Counted from the stretch's first letter, positions 27,191-42,212 are shown. The stretch: 64,000 bases of DNA from Octopus vulgaris (GCA_951406725.2 OX597814.1:98518001-98582000); one strand, 5' to 3'. A program made the numbers and translations. The notes: generated by a model from the letters alone, not told the origin.

Positions 27191-27572
27191 AGGCGCAGGA
27201 GTGGCTGTGTGGTAAGTAGCTTGTTTACCAGCCGCATGGTTCCGGGTTCACCTTGGGCAACTGTCTTCTACTATAGTCTCGGGCCGACCAAAGCCTTGTG
27301 AGTGGATTTAGTAGACGGAAACTGAAAAGAAGCCCGTCGTATATATGTATATATATGCGTGTGTGTGTTTGTGTGTCTGTGTTTTTCCCCCTAGCATTGC
27401 TTGACAACCGATGCTGGTGTGTTTATGTCCCCGTTACTTAGCGGTTCGGCAAAAGAGACAATAAGTACTGGGCTTACAAAAAGAATAAGTCCTGGGGTCG
27501 AGTTGCTCGATTAAAGGCGGTGCTCCAGCATGGCCGCAGTCAAATGACTGAAACAAGTAAAAGAGTAAAAAG
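27191..27572 (+). mobile_element. tRNA-derived SINE, family A
   Basis: aggcgcaggagtggctgtgtggtaagtagc..gactgaaacaagtaaaagagtaaaa. Confidence 0.85.
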
Positions 27573-27575
27573 AAG

Positions 27576-27641
<66 letters not shown>

Positions 27642-28416
27642 TGCATGTATGGGTACGGACATCACCGACGGTGAAAATAACAGGAAATACGTAAACAACG
27701 AGAAAAAATGGAAAAAAGGACAAGTAAACACAGAGAAAGGCCCCTTCATCAATTGCCGGCTGTCTATCTATTTCTCATTTCGAGCATTCAATGACAATAT
27801 AAGTATTCAAAGACAGTTGCTCTCATAAATTCTAAAATAAAATTTACGATTTATGGAAGGTCAAAGTTAGGAACAAAAACATAGCAGTGGAGACATACAA
27901 GGAAACCGAACGATAAATAACGTGGTGAGACGTTAGACCAGAACGAGAGAAAAATAGTGAACAGTTTTTTTGAAAAGAGAAAAGATAGAAAAGAGAGAAA
28001 AAGAAAAATAGTCCGCTCTTTTGAACGTCCGTGTAGGTAAAGAAAGATGGTCACATGAGGAAAAGAAAAATGGACGATGGTCATGTGTGAGCAACGAGAG
28101 AGAGAGTGAGAAAAAAGAGAAAAGGGGAGAGAGAGAGAGAGAAAACAGTGAAGGGAGGGAGAAAAGGGGAATTAGAGAGGGTTTGAGGAAGAAAATCGCA
28201 TAGAGTAGAGAGTCGTATCAAAAAGGTGAAGATAAACTTACTTGGAAATGGATGCGTCGCGTTCAGTAAAATAATAAATATCATAATATATATATATATA
28301 AAATATACACAAGAGAGTAAACAAACAAATGAGAAAGGAACTCATACACTTACTAGTATTTAAATATATAACTACCGATAAATATAAGTCGTATGAAAGT
28401 TGATCAAACTGTTTTA

Positions 28417-28447
<31 letters not shown>

Positions 28448-28700
28448 GTTTCAAATTTTGGCAAAAGGCAGCAAGTTCGGGGAGGGTTAAAAGCTGATTA
28501 CATGGATCCTAGTGTTTTCGAGCCCGAAAGGATGAGAAGCAAAGTCGACCTCGGTGGAATTTGAACTCAGAACGCAAAGACAGACGAAATACCTCTATGC
28601 ATTTTCCCCGTAATGCTAACGATTCTGCTAGCTAGCCGCCTTAAGTAATAATAATAATAATAATAATAATAGTAATAATAATAATAATAATAGTAATAAT

Positions 28701-28748
<48 letters not shown>

Positions 28749-28925
28749 CCTTTCTACTATAGGCACAAAGCCTCAAATTTGGGGAAGGGGAGTAGTCGAT
28801 TATATCGACTGGTACTCAATTTATCGACGTCGAAAGGATGAAAAGCGGAATTTGAACTCAAAACGTAGCGACGGGCGATATACCGCTAAGCATTTCGTTA
28901 CCGATTCTGTCAGCTCGCCGGCTTA
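28448..28925 (-). mobile_element. Two tandem SINE family B copies with tail type 2, embedded in (TAA)n
   Basis: Both carry ggatga..aaagtcgac/ggaatttgaactca..gattctg..gctcgcc, and + strand tails tttcaaattttggca or tttctactataggcaca next to (TAA)n. Confidence 0.75.
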
Positions 28926-28943
28926 ATAATAATAATAATAATG

Positions 28944-28976
<33 letters not shown>

Positions 28977-29399
28977 GTTTCGAATTTTTCCATAAGGGCA
29001 ACAATCGAATTGTTAGGGACCATGTGAGAATGCAGTTGTGTGGGGTAGAGTAAAGATTAAAGGAAGAGGTGAGTGTATAGATATGCGTATTAGATGTGTA
29101 TCTGTGACTGGAAACAGCCAGAAGAGAGACTATTGTGCATGTTGAAGTTTAGTGGCATTGGTTAGTTTGGTATGGGGAGGTTTATGTACGTGTAATTGTT
29201 GGATAAGTAGTGTAAAAGAGATTGCGTGTGGAGGTGAGAGCTTGTGAAAGTCCGTGGGTATAAAGCAATATGAAGTTGTTATTGATGAGTGTGCAAGTAC
29301 AAGAAAAGGAAAAGCTTAAACTATAAATGAAAAATAAGAGAAAAATTTTGAATTCCGCAACCAATAGATAAATCAAAGAAATTAGTATCATCGCAAATG

Positions 29400-30875
29400 C
29401 ACAAAGCAATAAAATATTAGATACTAAGCAAAATTTAGTTTTGATTTCAATTTGTAACCATTTTGAAAGATGAAAATATTGCTTAGAAAAGACGAAATAA
29501 AAAATCCCTATCTCGATGATATGTCCTAAACTGTGCATCCATGATCCCTGTAATGGGAATTAAAAATTATTCCTTAAAGTTTTCATCGCTGCAAATATTA
29601 ATTTCAAAATTTGGTACAAGGCCCACAGTTTTGGGGGTGAGCTAGGTCGATTAATACTGATACTTATTTTATCGAACCTGAAAGGATGAAAGGAAAAGTC
29701 GACCTCGGCAGAATTTCAATTTAGTACGTAAAGACGGACTAAATGCTGCTAAGCATTTGACCCGACATGCTAACGGTTCTGCCCGCTCGCCGCCTTCATC
29801 ATTGCAAAACAAAAAGTGCATTTAGCCGCTGAGGAAATCTAAACAGATGACTGAAACTAGTTCGGCTAGTCTCTCTTTATGACAGCGAAAATATTTCATA
29901 TAACATGGTGCTTACACCTGTCTATACAGTATAGGCTAATCAATGGATATTAGCCAATAGAAGAAAAACTAAAATATTAATATTCGTAGGTTTGGATGTG
30001 TACTAAGACGTTTGCTTCCTAGCCATATGGCTCCGATTTCAGACTTGTGGTGTGGCACCTTGCGCAAATGCCTTCTACTCTAACCTCATGCTGGCCAAAT
30101 CCGTCTGAGTAGATTTGGAAAACGGAAGCTGAAAGAATCCTGCCGTATATGTATATAGTTTACATAATTTTGATATATTTTAAAATATATTTTATAAGTG
30201 AAAGAGTATTGTGTTTGTCGACTGGTTTCACTTTCGCTGATCATGACACTGAAATTATTGTAATTTCGTATTTTCTTAAGGAGATTTTAGTCCATGTTCT
30301 TGGAAGGAAGTTTGTGAATTAATCAGCAAATAGAAAAGTTTAAAGGACGGTAATTGGTGATCGTTATTATTCGGTACAGGGGAGGCAATTGCTCATTTTT
30401 GTGAGGGTAATAAATAATTATGCAAAAGCACAAAAGTTAAAGTAGTAAGATGAAATATGTACACCAATATTTGTCGTTAGCATATCAGGCAAAATGCCTT
30501 GCGGTATTTAGTCTCTCTTTAGTACAAAGTTTAAATTTTGCCTAGGTCGGATTTACCTTTCATCTTTTCGGGGTTGATAAAATAAGTACCAATATGTTTA
30601 ATCGACTTAGTCCAGCACCCCAAAACTGCATGCCTTGTGCTAAAATTTGAAATCAATATTTGCAGTAATGAAAACTTAAAGAAATAATCTTTAATTTCCA
30701 TACTAGTGATCGTGAATGCACAGTGTATGAGATATTATAGAGATAGAAATATAGGGTTTTTGTTATTATTTTGTCTTTCCTAAAGAACATTTTCATGTAA
30801 ACGAAAGGCAAAATGTTCTCAAATTGAAATCAAAACTAAATTTTGCTTAGAATCTAATATTTTACTGCTGTGTGT
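29400..30875. repeat. Diverged inverted duplication (arms about 29400-29790 and 30470-30875), each containing a SINE-B copy
   Basis: 29405-29454 versus 30820-30869 are 48/50 reverse-complement identical. Similarity continues through non-SINE sequence (aatatttgcag..gaaaact..tgcacag) into the SINE. Confidence 0.8.
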
Positions 30876-31959
30876 ATTTACGTACGTGTCTCTTAAGGAT
30901 TTTGAAGGTGATGACAATAATTCGAATAAAACTTGTTTCAAGAGATAATTAAATGCTATTTTTCCTGATGGTTTAGTTTACATTGATTTCTATTGTGCAT
31001 CGTTTTTGTTGTTTTTCTCTTTTTTCTTTTAAGCTTATAATACTTTCGGTATACGCATTTTATATAAACCAATTTCAGAGATCGTCTCTATTTCTCACTG
31101 TCACTCCCTTCTCTTCTCTCTCTCTTTCTCCCTCTCAAATCATGGCGGGCGTTTTATTTTATCATGGGTGAAAGAACTTTTGAGGTATAGTTTATACTGG
31201 ATTTTAATCACACACATTTTTTTTCGCATTTAAATTCTAAATTATCTGTCTCTTAAATTTGTAATATGGTTGCATTGGTAGAACAGAGCTTCATACTACA
31301 TGCCTTGTGTCACTTTGTCTTTATTAAATTCTGGGCTTAAATCCAACCATGCCTTCCATCTTTCCCAGGTTGCTGAAATAAATACCAGTTAAATACTAGT
31401 TTTTGCGTCCATGTGTATAATCGATCAAAATGTGTAACTTCGCGCCAATGTAAGAAATTGAAATTTCTGATATAGTTATCACTTTGAACCATGCACGTAG
31501 TGAGTTCTGTACTATAGGCGATAAACTTCAGGCCGTTTCTATCAACGAGCTAGTTTCGATCACATTAATGCGCCTAAGAAAGGCAAATGAGTCAAACTTT
31601 GCTGGGCATTTTTTAAAAATATGAAGCTCTGTTCTCATCCGCTTGAATCTGCATAAATTACATTATTATTTAGTCAATTTATTTCTTTGTATTTACTTTA
31701 AAAAATATTTCCAAATTTATATAGATATAAATCACATAGAATTTCGAATTTGTATGAGGAAAAGTGTGCAAAGAAAATGCTCTGTAGGTTACATTTCAAC
31801 ACTGCTTTTGCTTTTATCTTTGAGAAAGAAAGTCCTTGGAAACCATATGCCATGATTTAAAGAGAGAGGGTAGAAAGAAACTTTGAAATCTCACATCGAA
31901 AATACGCAGAGAAATTCATTTGCATTTAGCCCAAGATCTATGAGTTGACATTCCCTTAG

Positions 31960-32160
31960 TGGAAGCACTCCGTCGGTTACGACGACGAGGGTTCCGGTTG
32001 ATCCGAATCAACGGAACAGCCTGCTCGTGAAATTAACGTGTAAGTGGCTGAGCACTCCACAGACACGTGTACCCTTAACGTAGTTCTCGGGGATATTCAG
32101 CGTGACACAGAGAGTGACAAGGCCGGCCCTTTGAAATACAGGTACAACAGAAACAGGAAG
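31960..32160. mobile_element. Probable SINE 3' fragment (GC-rich interspersed repeat)
   Basis: GC-rich island ggaagcactccgtcggttacgacgacgagggttcc..gaaatacaggtacaac in AT-rich flanks. Recognised from memory as a cephalopod repeat; single copy here. Confidence 0.45.
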
Positions 32161-34212
32161 TCGTCTAAATCTCTTGAGTTTTCCAAACAACTTTTCTGAT
32201 TTCGGTAGAGCTTTACATCTAATGCACTTTACTAACACTACAACTTTGCTGGTAGACTTCATACAATCAGACCCTAATTTTGAAAATTTGTGTTTATATT
32301 CTACGCCTATATATATTAGTTTGCGGCTGTGTAGTTAACAGATCCGAACCATTAACATGACTAGCACATACCCTATCAAGCGCCGAGGGATAAAAATCGA
32401 AGGCGGCTACGTTCGACACTACTTGAACTAAGAATGGGACAAAATGCCGGAAGCTTCTACTGTTTCTCTCACTCAGCTACCTTTACCAATTTAAATGACA
32501 GTCGTTGACAATAAACAGACCAGTCCTCAATTTTTCTTTTTCCAGCGAAACCATTTGGTACTAGTGCTTATTCAGTTGCTGATGCTGCATTGTATTTCCA
32601 TATACATGGAAACTGTGAGAAGGACTTGTACTAAAGCCTACATATTATTTTGGTTGGAATTCACAATTGGATATATCACAGACTACATATAGAAAACAAT
32701 ACAGAGGAGAGTGGTTATAAAATATTTAGTTATACTATCTTATGCACGTCTCATTGACAAAGAGTTATTATTAGTTATATAATGGAAATTATATAATCAG
32801 ATCACATTGTAAAATTTGCAGAGAGCCGTAACTCTCATTCGTAATAACACTGGGATAGTAACAGCGTTTCTATGCAAGTTACACATCTCAGAAGATCTGT
32901 CAATGCAAATTGGTTGTAGAAATTACAATATAATTATTTTGTTAATGAAACGCAAAGTGGTGTAAATAAATATATTATAAACTATCTCGCCTCTTTTGTT
33001 TTGTCACATATATATATATATATATATACATACATATATATATATATATGGGTGTATGAGTGCGCGTGTGTGTGTGTGTGTTTATATCAAACTCTTAATT
33101 ACAGAAATATTATTAAGTGTTCATTTTCCGTTCCTGCCTTTTACACATTTCAAGTTATGGATTTTTACATGCTGAGCTTTTAGGCCAAAGAAAGAGATCA
33201 ACTTCAATGCCATTTTCTTACTGTTCCAGTTTTAAAGCAAGACTTGTTTTATGGTTTAATGGTGGAAAAAGCACTGAAGAAAGCTGCATTAAGAAAAGCT
33301 TCGTATTTAATAAAATTACTATAAAACATTCTAAGCGTCTCTCATTTTTTTTTTATCTTAGTAATTCTGACTCTTCAGCAATACTGTTTGAGGGAATGAT
33401 TAATTTCTCTTAATGACTAAAGTACATTATTTGAATTATATAGTTTGACCTCATAATGAATTACCATATATTTTATAAAATTCATTGAGACAGAGTAAAA
33501 AAAATCATGGTTATGTAGATAAAAGCAATGTGATATGAAGTGCCGATGCAACAGGTTAAAGAATTTAACCCACCAATGTACGATCAGAAGCTGAAATTCC
33601 TAACCATTTAACCACGGGTATTCATTATACAATACATATAATTAATTAAATTCAAAAGTGAGAGATAAAAGTATTTACTCCATATATTTATAATTGTTTC
33701 GTATTCTGTTTTCAGTAATATTATCGCCCCTAAAGCGCCCTACATACATATAAATATACATACAGATGTATGGACATACGTGTAATTTAGAACAAGGAAT
33801 AAGATTTCTCATAAGAACATTTTATGGGCATTAAATAATTGGGTCTATCGAATTAAGCTGGGTCTATTCAATATATACAAATTGACCTGGGATTTATTAG
33901 CTAACGACGCAACCTTCTTAAATATAAGAAACGCTCAATTTAGAAACTCCGGTAAATACAACGAAAGAATAAAGTAGATAAGATAAAATATGTAAAACAA
34001 AATAAAATTTTCTTTTACTTATCTTCACTCTCCACCATTGTGACACCCGGAGTTTCAGAAGCACGCTGACGTTAATTTGATACCCTAAAAACAACTGTCT
34101 TCTTGATGGCGAAATACTCTACGAAGAGCTTACCGTGAGTATTGTTTGATTCTTTGAGTCCCTATTTCCGCTTGTACATGCATATATATGTGTGTATATG
34201 TATATGTATATG

Positions 34213-34293
<81 letters not shown>

Positions 34294-34334
34294 ATTTTTC
34301 TGAGAAGTTAGCATATAAGGAAGACTTATAACCT

Positions 34335-34830
34335 CCACGCGCGCACCGGAAGAGGACCAGAAAGAGAAACATAATTGGTTGTTCAATCCTCCATTTGACC
34401 AAAAAGTTTTCATTAATGTAGCTTTGAGCTTCCTGCCGTTGATTTAGAAATAGTTCCCCGGGGCCATAAAAACTGTATGCTTTTCAACCCCTGTAACCTC
34501 ACGGTGAGCTCCTCCTGCTTAGACAACATCGCTTCTAAGGCTACACGCCACAACAGGCGCAAATATGCACCCACACTAACTCCAAACCCAACACTTTAAT
34601 TTTCGAAACCCTACTAGCTGCCCTATAAGAGGATAATGTCTCTCAAGGGCTGTACTGTAAAAACCCATCCTCACACCATCCGATAGCATCACAAGGTACT
34701 ACAAGAGCATGAAGGCAATGACTTCAAGGGACGGTACTCACCAAATATGCATTCGCATATTCCACTGAAATTAGGTAAATAATCCTTGCACTGAAATAGG
34801 TATTCCACTGAAATTAGGTAAATAATCCTT
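34335..34830 (+). mobile_element. Penelope-like element remnant (RT-to-endonuclease linker)
   Basis: Frameshifted translation [41 protein letters not shown] resembles the PLE WFNPP..NV...FL.L....FP...SYSC..N.....HN segment. Confidence 0.6.
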
Positions 34831-35205
34831 CGAACAGACAGTCAGCAGCGACGCCTGTCGGGTTCGGCTACTCATTGATAAAGGGAAAATATCCTGAAAC
34901 ATGTCTGTAGATGCCTGACCAGCAAGGGGAAGCAGCTGATCTCCCCTGTTCGAAGGTTATAATGGACACATATTTGTATGTCATATAGAAAGCTAGAGGT
35001 GATGGCCTCTTGAATCTAATCAACGGCAGCTTTCGTCCTATATTTATGGACTGCAATATTAGCTTGGCGATAACTGTTAACATCCAGTACCACTGCTGTA
35101 GTCTCCTTTAGAGAGACTTAGAAATAATAATATTTATATATATATGGCGGTGCCCCAGCTTGACCACAGCTCATGAGCTGAAACTGGAAAAATCAAAATC
35201 AAAAT

Positions 35206-35295
<90 letters not shown>

Positions 35296-35306
35296 ATATA
35301 CATATG

Positions 35307-35445
<139 letters not shown>

Positions 35446-35456
35446 GTATATATATA

Positions 35457-36875
35457 TCATATCATCAAGGTATTTGAGAGGGTGGTGAGATCTCGAATAA
35501 CCCAATTTCTGGAAAGCAACAGACGGCTGATCTCCAACCAACATGGGTTCCGTAATGGAAGGGACTGCCTAACGCAGCTCCTGCATCACTTTGAGGACAT
35601 TTTGAGAGCTTTGGGAGAGGGCTCCAACACCGATGTCATCTACCTTGATTTCAGTAAGGCCTTCGACAGGGTCGATCACAAGATCCTATTGAAAAAACTA
35701 TCCAGCATTGGTGTCTCTGGAAAGTTACTGAAATGGATCAAGTGTTTCCTGACAGACAGATCTCAACATGTTGTAGTTGAAGGGGTAAAATCAAGCCCAG
35801 CCAAAGTCAGTAGTGGCGTTCCGCAAGGCACTGTGCTGGGCCCACTTCTTTTCATCATTTACATTAATGACATTAATGACATCATCAAGCACAGCAACAT
35901 AAAAATCTTTGCAGATGACTCCAAGCTACAGAAGGTCATAAATGAGGCGAGTGACCGGACATGCCTTCAGTCAGATCTATTGGCTGTTATCCAATGGGCA
36001 GAAAAAAACAATATGCTGCTGAACGAGGATAAATTTGAGCTCATCCACTTTGGAAAAGAGGATGCCCTGAAACTCCCATACTCCCTTCCTTCAGGCGAAA
36101 CTCTCGCGGCGTCCAACAACATCAGAGACTTGGGAGTAATTGTGGACAACAACATAAGCTGGGCCACTCATATAAACACCAAAGTTGACATGGCCCGCAG
36201 AATGTGTTCCTGGATTCTCAGAACTTTCCAGTCGAGAGATATCCACACCATTATCCTTCTCTTCTCCACTTTTGCCCGACCCCACCTTGAATACTGTTGT
36301 CCACTGTGGTCTCCCCACACAATACAAGGTATCATAAAAGTTGAAGCACCTCAAAGGGCAATCACAAAAAAGATAGATGGCATGACAGGACTCGACGATT
36401 GGGGTCGACTAGAAAAGCTAAAACTCTATTCTCTCCAACGTCGTCGTGAGCGCTACATCATCTGCATGATGTGGAAAATATTCCATCAGCATTGCCCAAA
36501 TGATGTTGGCATCACCTTTAAGGTACATCCAAGGCTTGGGCCCCGTGCCATCCGCCCAAAACAAAAATCGCACTCTCATCTCATAACAACAATACGGCAC
36601 AATTATTTCACCTCAATTGGCCCCGCTCTCTTTAACATTACACCAAAACACATTAAAACAGAAACTGGCCCTATAGGGTTCAAGAAGTCTTGGACAGATT
36701 CCTTCAAGAAATCCCGGATAAACCCCCTACACCCGGATATGTCTCTGTAAACAATAACTTTCTACTTGAGTGGGCCATAGTGCCCAAATTCTGACTTGAA
36801 AGACTTCACCAAGTGGTGCTATTAAGTTAGACATGGCCTGGGCCAATAATGGCCGAAACCTATCAAAGTATCAAA

Positions 36876-36878
<3 letters not shown>
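35457..36878 (+). mobile_element. CR1-group LINE, 5'-truncated, with a nearly intact RT domain
   Basis: [55 protein letters not shown], open for about 410 codons. One frameshift near 36690 ([13 protein letters not shown]). 3' tail tatcaaagtatcaaagta; (TA)n on both sides. Confidence 0.95.
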
Positions 36879-36967
<89 letters not shown>

Positions 36968-36976
36968 ATGTATATA

Positions 36977-37010
<34 letters not shown>

Positions 37011-37020
37011 CGTATATATA

Positions 37021-37088
<68 letters not shown>

Positions 37089-37122
37089 TATATATATACA
37101 TATATATATGTATATGTATATA

Positions 37123-37161
<39 letters not shown>

Positions 37162-37808
37162 GCGCATACACCGGAGGAAAGCACTTCTGTAGGCAAGGAT
37201 ATACATTCTCCCAGACAAACACGCACTCATTCGTTCGTACGTATACAAATGAATACTGGAATCCACATACCCACGTTCACCTATCATACTTACGAATATA
37301 TACCCATACATGCATTCTAAGTAAGAAGGCACCATACACATATATACAGCAGGCAATAACGGACATGCATTCTCACACTCACACACCAATACACCTGATA
37401 CATATGCAGCTGATATACACAGCTGATACAAACACCCACATATTTGCGCACGTGAGAACTCATACATGACTGATAAGCGCCTGCACCCATACGTATACAC
37501 ACTCTAGCTAACACGCACATATGTACCAACAAGCTGATGCCATCAGCTACCACCTACATGCCAGCTTACACACATACACACAAGAAAAGCAAGTAAACAC
37601 GCATAGGCGTCAAACACCTACATTTAACCACTCATACATCTAGTACACACATACATGCACAAACATGTGTGTGTGTGTATATATATATATATATTCACTA
37701 ATATAAATAATGTATATAAACTAATGTACGATAAATTTTTTTTCGGGAAAAAATTTTTATCAATGGCCAGCATATCAAAAAATACCTTTAAAGGTTAAAT
37801 TTATAAAT

Positions 37809-38041
37809 AATTTACAAAACAAGGGCAAAAGAAAAATTCTAATGCCAAATATGCCCCAAAAATGACAAAATTGTCAAATAACCATTATAATTTATGCGTC
37901 ACGAAACAAACCGATAGAAATCTCTTTTTTTAGAGATTTCTATCGGTTTGTTTCGAGACGCATAAATTATAATGGTTATTTGACAATTTTGTCTTTTTTC
38001 GGCATATTTGGCATTAAAATTTTCTTTTACCCTTATTTTGT

Positions 38042-38046
<5 letters not shown>
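37809..38046. repeat. Palindrome with arms of about 115 bp and a short T-rich spacer
   Basis: taatttacaaaac..cgaaacaaaccgatagaaatctc (to 37924) is mirrored by gagatttctatcggtttgtttcg..ttttgtaaatta. Confidence 0.9.
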
Positions 38047-38080
<34 letters not shown>

Positions 38081-38316
38081 CGAGAGATTTTTTCCCCACG
38101 TGTAGAAATATAAGAAAAATAGAAGTTGAAAATGCTCTGAGAATAGTTAAATATTTTTATACAATATATTTAAAGGTTTAACCGGTTTCACGGATTTTCA
38201 AAAAGTTCAAATAAAAAGACTTGGCTTATGTCGCAGCTGTCTTGCTTCTGACTAGTGGTTAAACCTTGCGCTATTTTTTTATAGGGAGTTCATAGGGAGT
38301 TTATAGGGAGTTCTTG

Positions 38317-38842
<526 letters not shown>

Positions 38843-39839
38843 CTTGCGGTTGTTTCTTTCTGAAATGTCTTTTTAGTTGATGGTGACTATAATTTCCATA
38901 TTTGGGTGTTTGATTAATCTGTGGCGAATGGGGTTTGTGGATTTTAACTTCCTTCAGGAATGGGTTCTCGGTAGAGTACTCGTTTTCTAAATGAGATTCA
39001 TAATTGGAGAACAAAAGAGAACTTCTCTCCCATCGTTGAAGATATGTTAATTCCTTGTTTTCACATTTTTCTGCCTAAAGTTTAATATTGTTTTCTCGGC
39101 TTTCGGATGTTTTTGAAATTTCTATATGCATTTATGCATCAATCGTTTTAAAATTTTTTTCGTTGGAATTTGCTCTTAGCCGTAATAGCTGGGTTTCCAT
39201 TCTGAATTTGTCGTGAGCCATTTTTTCTCTAATTTTTTGTTGTTGTCCTGGTTCATTAGTGACAGGTTTTATTTGCAGTTTCTTTGGGAGGATGATCGGT
39301 GCTGAATTAAGTCATTTTTCATATATATTTCCACTTTGCCATTATTTTTAATGAAGTTCCAAAAGGCTAATTTATGGGCAGTGAAGTCTAGGTTCCATAT
39401 ATGTTTTATAGTGTTTTCGATTGCAAAGGTTTCTCGTTGCAGGTTGATGTTATCTTCTTCAGGTTTTGGATTTTGTTTCACCTTCTGGAGCATCACTGTT
39501 TTTATAGCTTTACATAACTGGTTGAGGGTTTGGACAACTATTTCTTCCGTTTTTCTTCTTCAATCATCTCCTAAGAGTTGGTGTGTATCTCGTCGATTTT
39601 GTTGGATAAGACTGTGAGCTTGAAGATATCTTTCAGTTCTTTTAGTATAATTCTTTTAGTTATAACCAAGAAGTACCTTGATTTAGACGCAAAATATGAG
39701 GCTGTCACAAACCTAGCGGGAAGCGTACAAAAGGTTCTAAACTTAATCATGAGTACATTCCCTACAAACACTTGACAGAAAACATACAGGCCATTGATTG
39801 TTTAGACATGTTCAGTCAACCGTGTCAGCCTTAACTTAC

Positions 39840-39996
39840 GACGCCAAATATTGTCACTTGATACTCAGTTATGTGACTATTCTCTACCAATCAGATTTGA
39901 TTGGTAGAGAATAGTCACATGGCTGATATCAGAAATGTTTGAAGGTTCCCGGCTATGTCCGTGTGTTAGTATCAAGTGACAATGTCATTATGGCGT
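39840..39996. repeat. Nested hairpin
   Basis: Inner stem atgtgactattctctaccaatca / tgattggtagagaatagtcacat (39871-39920). Outer arms gacgcca..attgtcacttgatact / agtatcaagtgacaat..tggcgtc. Confidence 0.8.
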
Positions 39997-40085
39997 CTAA
40001 TGTCCCGAAGCATGTATACACACGCACTCATACACACATGTACACGTATACACACGCACGACCACATACAGCACATTGCACATAA

Positions 40086-40320
40086 TACCTATTTCTTTAC
40101 TACCCACAAGGGGCTAAACACAGAGAGGACAAACAAGGACAGACAAACGGATTAAGTCGATTACATCGACCACAGTGCGTAACTGGTACTTATTTAATCG
40201 ACCCCGAAAGGATGAAAGGCAAAGTCGACCTCGGCGGAATTTGAACTCAGAACGTAGCGGCAGACGAAATACCGCTAAGAATTTCGCCCGGCGTGCTAAC
40301 GTTTCTGCCAGCTCGCCGCC
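40086..40320 (-). mobile_element. SINE family B, full monomer with tail type 1
   Basis: Minus strand ggcggcgagctggcagaaacgttagcacgccgggcg..gttctgagttcaaattccgcc..gtgggtagtaaagaaataggta. Confidence 0.88.
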
Positions 40321-40710
40321 TATACCATCATACACTCTCATGCCGTTGCTCACACATTCACATACATATACCAGATTCACAGTCGACTCCCTTGCCACCC
40401 ACGCTTCCAGTTGCCCTTGTTACTCACGCCTTAGCGATCTCTACCATTCGGGTCATTCCAGCATGCACTAATTGTCCTATTGAGACATGTAAATTATATT
40501 CTCTCTATATTTTCCTCTCCTCTCCAATTCTTTCTGCTCTCTATCTTCTTCGTCTTTGTGTTTATAAATTTTACGCGATATATATATGTGTGTGTATCTA
40601 TATATCTATATGTATGCATGTATATATGTATATATTTATATATATTTATATATATATATATACATATTTATACATATATATATATACATATATATATATA
40701 TGTGTGTGTG

Positions 40711-40742
<32 letters not shown>

Positions 40743-41897
40743 CCGGAGTAAGCACATAAATGTGAAACAAGGTGGAAAAAAGTGCTCAAATACCAGAGGC
40801 AGAGTAATATGCTTTATTTAAAAGCAGAAGAAATATAACAAAAGCTGGTACTCATAGTTTCACGTTCCCGTTCGTCGGACAGTTTTGTTAAAATAGAACA
40901 TAAATAACGATATGATAAAAACTACTTGAAGGATACACCTTAAAAATGGATTTGTTTCATTGGTCCTTTCAATTAACGGTCTTAAGCATGCAATGAACAA
41001 AATAAACAAAATAAATGAATTCAATATAAATTCATCCTATTATAAAAAAAGCCTTGTGAGTGGATTAGGTAGACGGAAACTGAAAGAACCTCTCGTGTAT
41101 ATGTGTGTGCACGTGCGTTTGTTTCCTTCCCCGTTTGACAACCGGTGTTGGCGTGTTTACATCCTAGTACTTTTGCGGTTGGGCCAAAGAAGCGAGAGAA
41201 TAAGCACCAGGGTGAAAAAATAGTTCTGTGGCCCGATACATTCAACTAAAAATTCTGCAAGGCGGTGCCCAGTAGGGGTAGAGTCTAATGTCTAAGACAA
41301 GAATCTAGTCTATTCCTGACAAAATGATTTGACAGATGGCTTCCGATAAAATAGATAAGAACATTCTGAGTGTAAAGCATCCCAGTAAGCGAGCAGCATA
41401 TAGGTATACTCATTTAAGAGTATAGCTAACTTAGTATCGTGTGACAAGGAACGTGTTTTTTCTACAAAACTAGAGATGTGATTCAATTCTTTTTTAAGTG
41501 GGTCTGGCAAATGTTATATATCATATACATACATATATACAAACAGGCATACATGCATACATACATACATACATACATACATACATACATACATACATAC
41601 ATACATACATACATACATACAAGTTTACTTTTTGATAATCTTTCTAGACCACTGAAAACATCTAAAAGTGTCACGTTTTGTAAATGTGAAATAAAATGTG
41701 ATATACCGTTTTATTTTTAATTAAAACATTTTTTGATTCATTTTCTAATTAACAAGGAAAAAATAACAGAAACTGCTCATTGGAACAGTATGTTGACTAT
41801 ATAATAGTGTTTGCCTTCAAAATACAAAATAAAATAAAAGATCTTTGAAGTGATATTGGAGACACTTTATTATAAAATATACAAAAAATATATTTAG

Positions 41898-41937
<40 letters not shown>

Positions 41938-41990
41938 TTGTGGTGGGGAGGGTTCGCGAAAGCGTAAAATTTTTTTCGGAATTTAAATGT

Positions 41991-41996
41991 TTTATT
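41991..41996 (-). promoter_or_regulatory. Candidate polyadenylation signal of the Pif/LamG-like gene
   Basis: AATAAA on the minus strand about 185 nt after the stop at 42180; an alternative lies at 41866-41871. Confidence 0.35.
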
Positions 41997-42179
41997 GAAA
42001 CAAAAAGAAACATACTTTTATCACCGATATTGAACCATTTAGCACCAACTTCATTGGATAAGAAAGTTGTTAATCTGAGACATTATTTTCCTATTATAGA
42101 AAACTGTAAAAAAATTTCGTCGTTATATTCCGTTCAAACTTGTCTATATTTGTCTTTAAACTCAAAGCTGAATTTCATC

Positions 42180-42212
42180 CTATGGATCTGGGTTGCATTG
42201 GAAAAATCTCAC
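42180..42212 (-). CDS. Pif/LamG3-like protein, last coding exon
   Basis: tttctttctcattgtag|GTG AGA TTT TTC CAA TGC AAC CCA GAT CCA TAG = VRFFQCNPDP*. Completes FRGEIDY|VRFF, the typical LamG-like end, in phase 0. Confidence 0.8.
   Translation of the reverse strand: MRFFQCNPDP

Noticed and set aside
32546-32614. Possible orphan exon (ttttccag|..KPFGTSAYSVADAALYFHIHGN..|gtgaga)
   Set aside because: No partner exons or recognisable homology; unsupported without RNA data.
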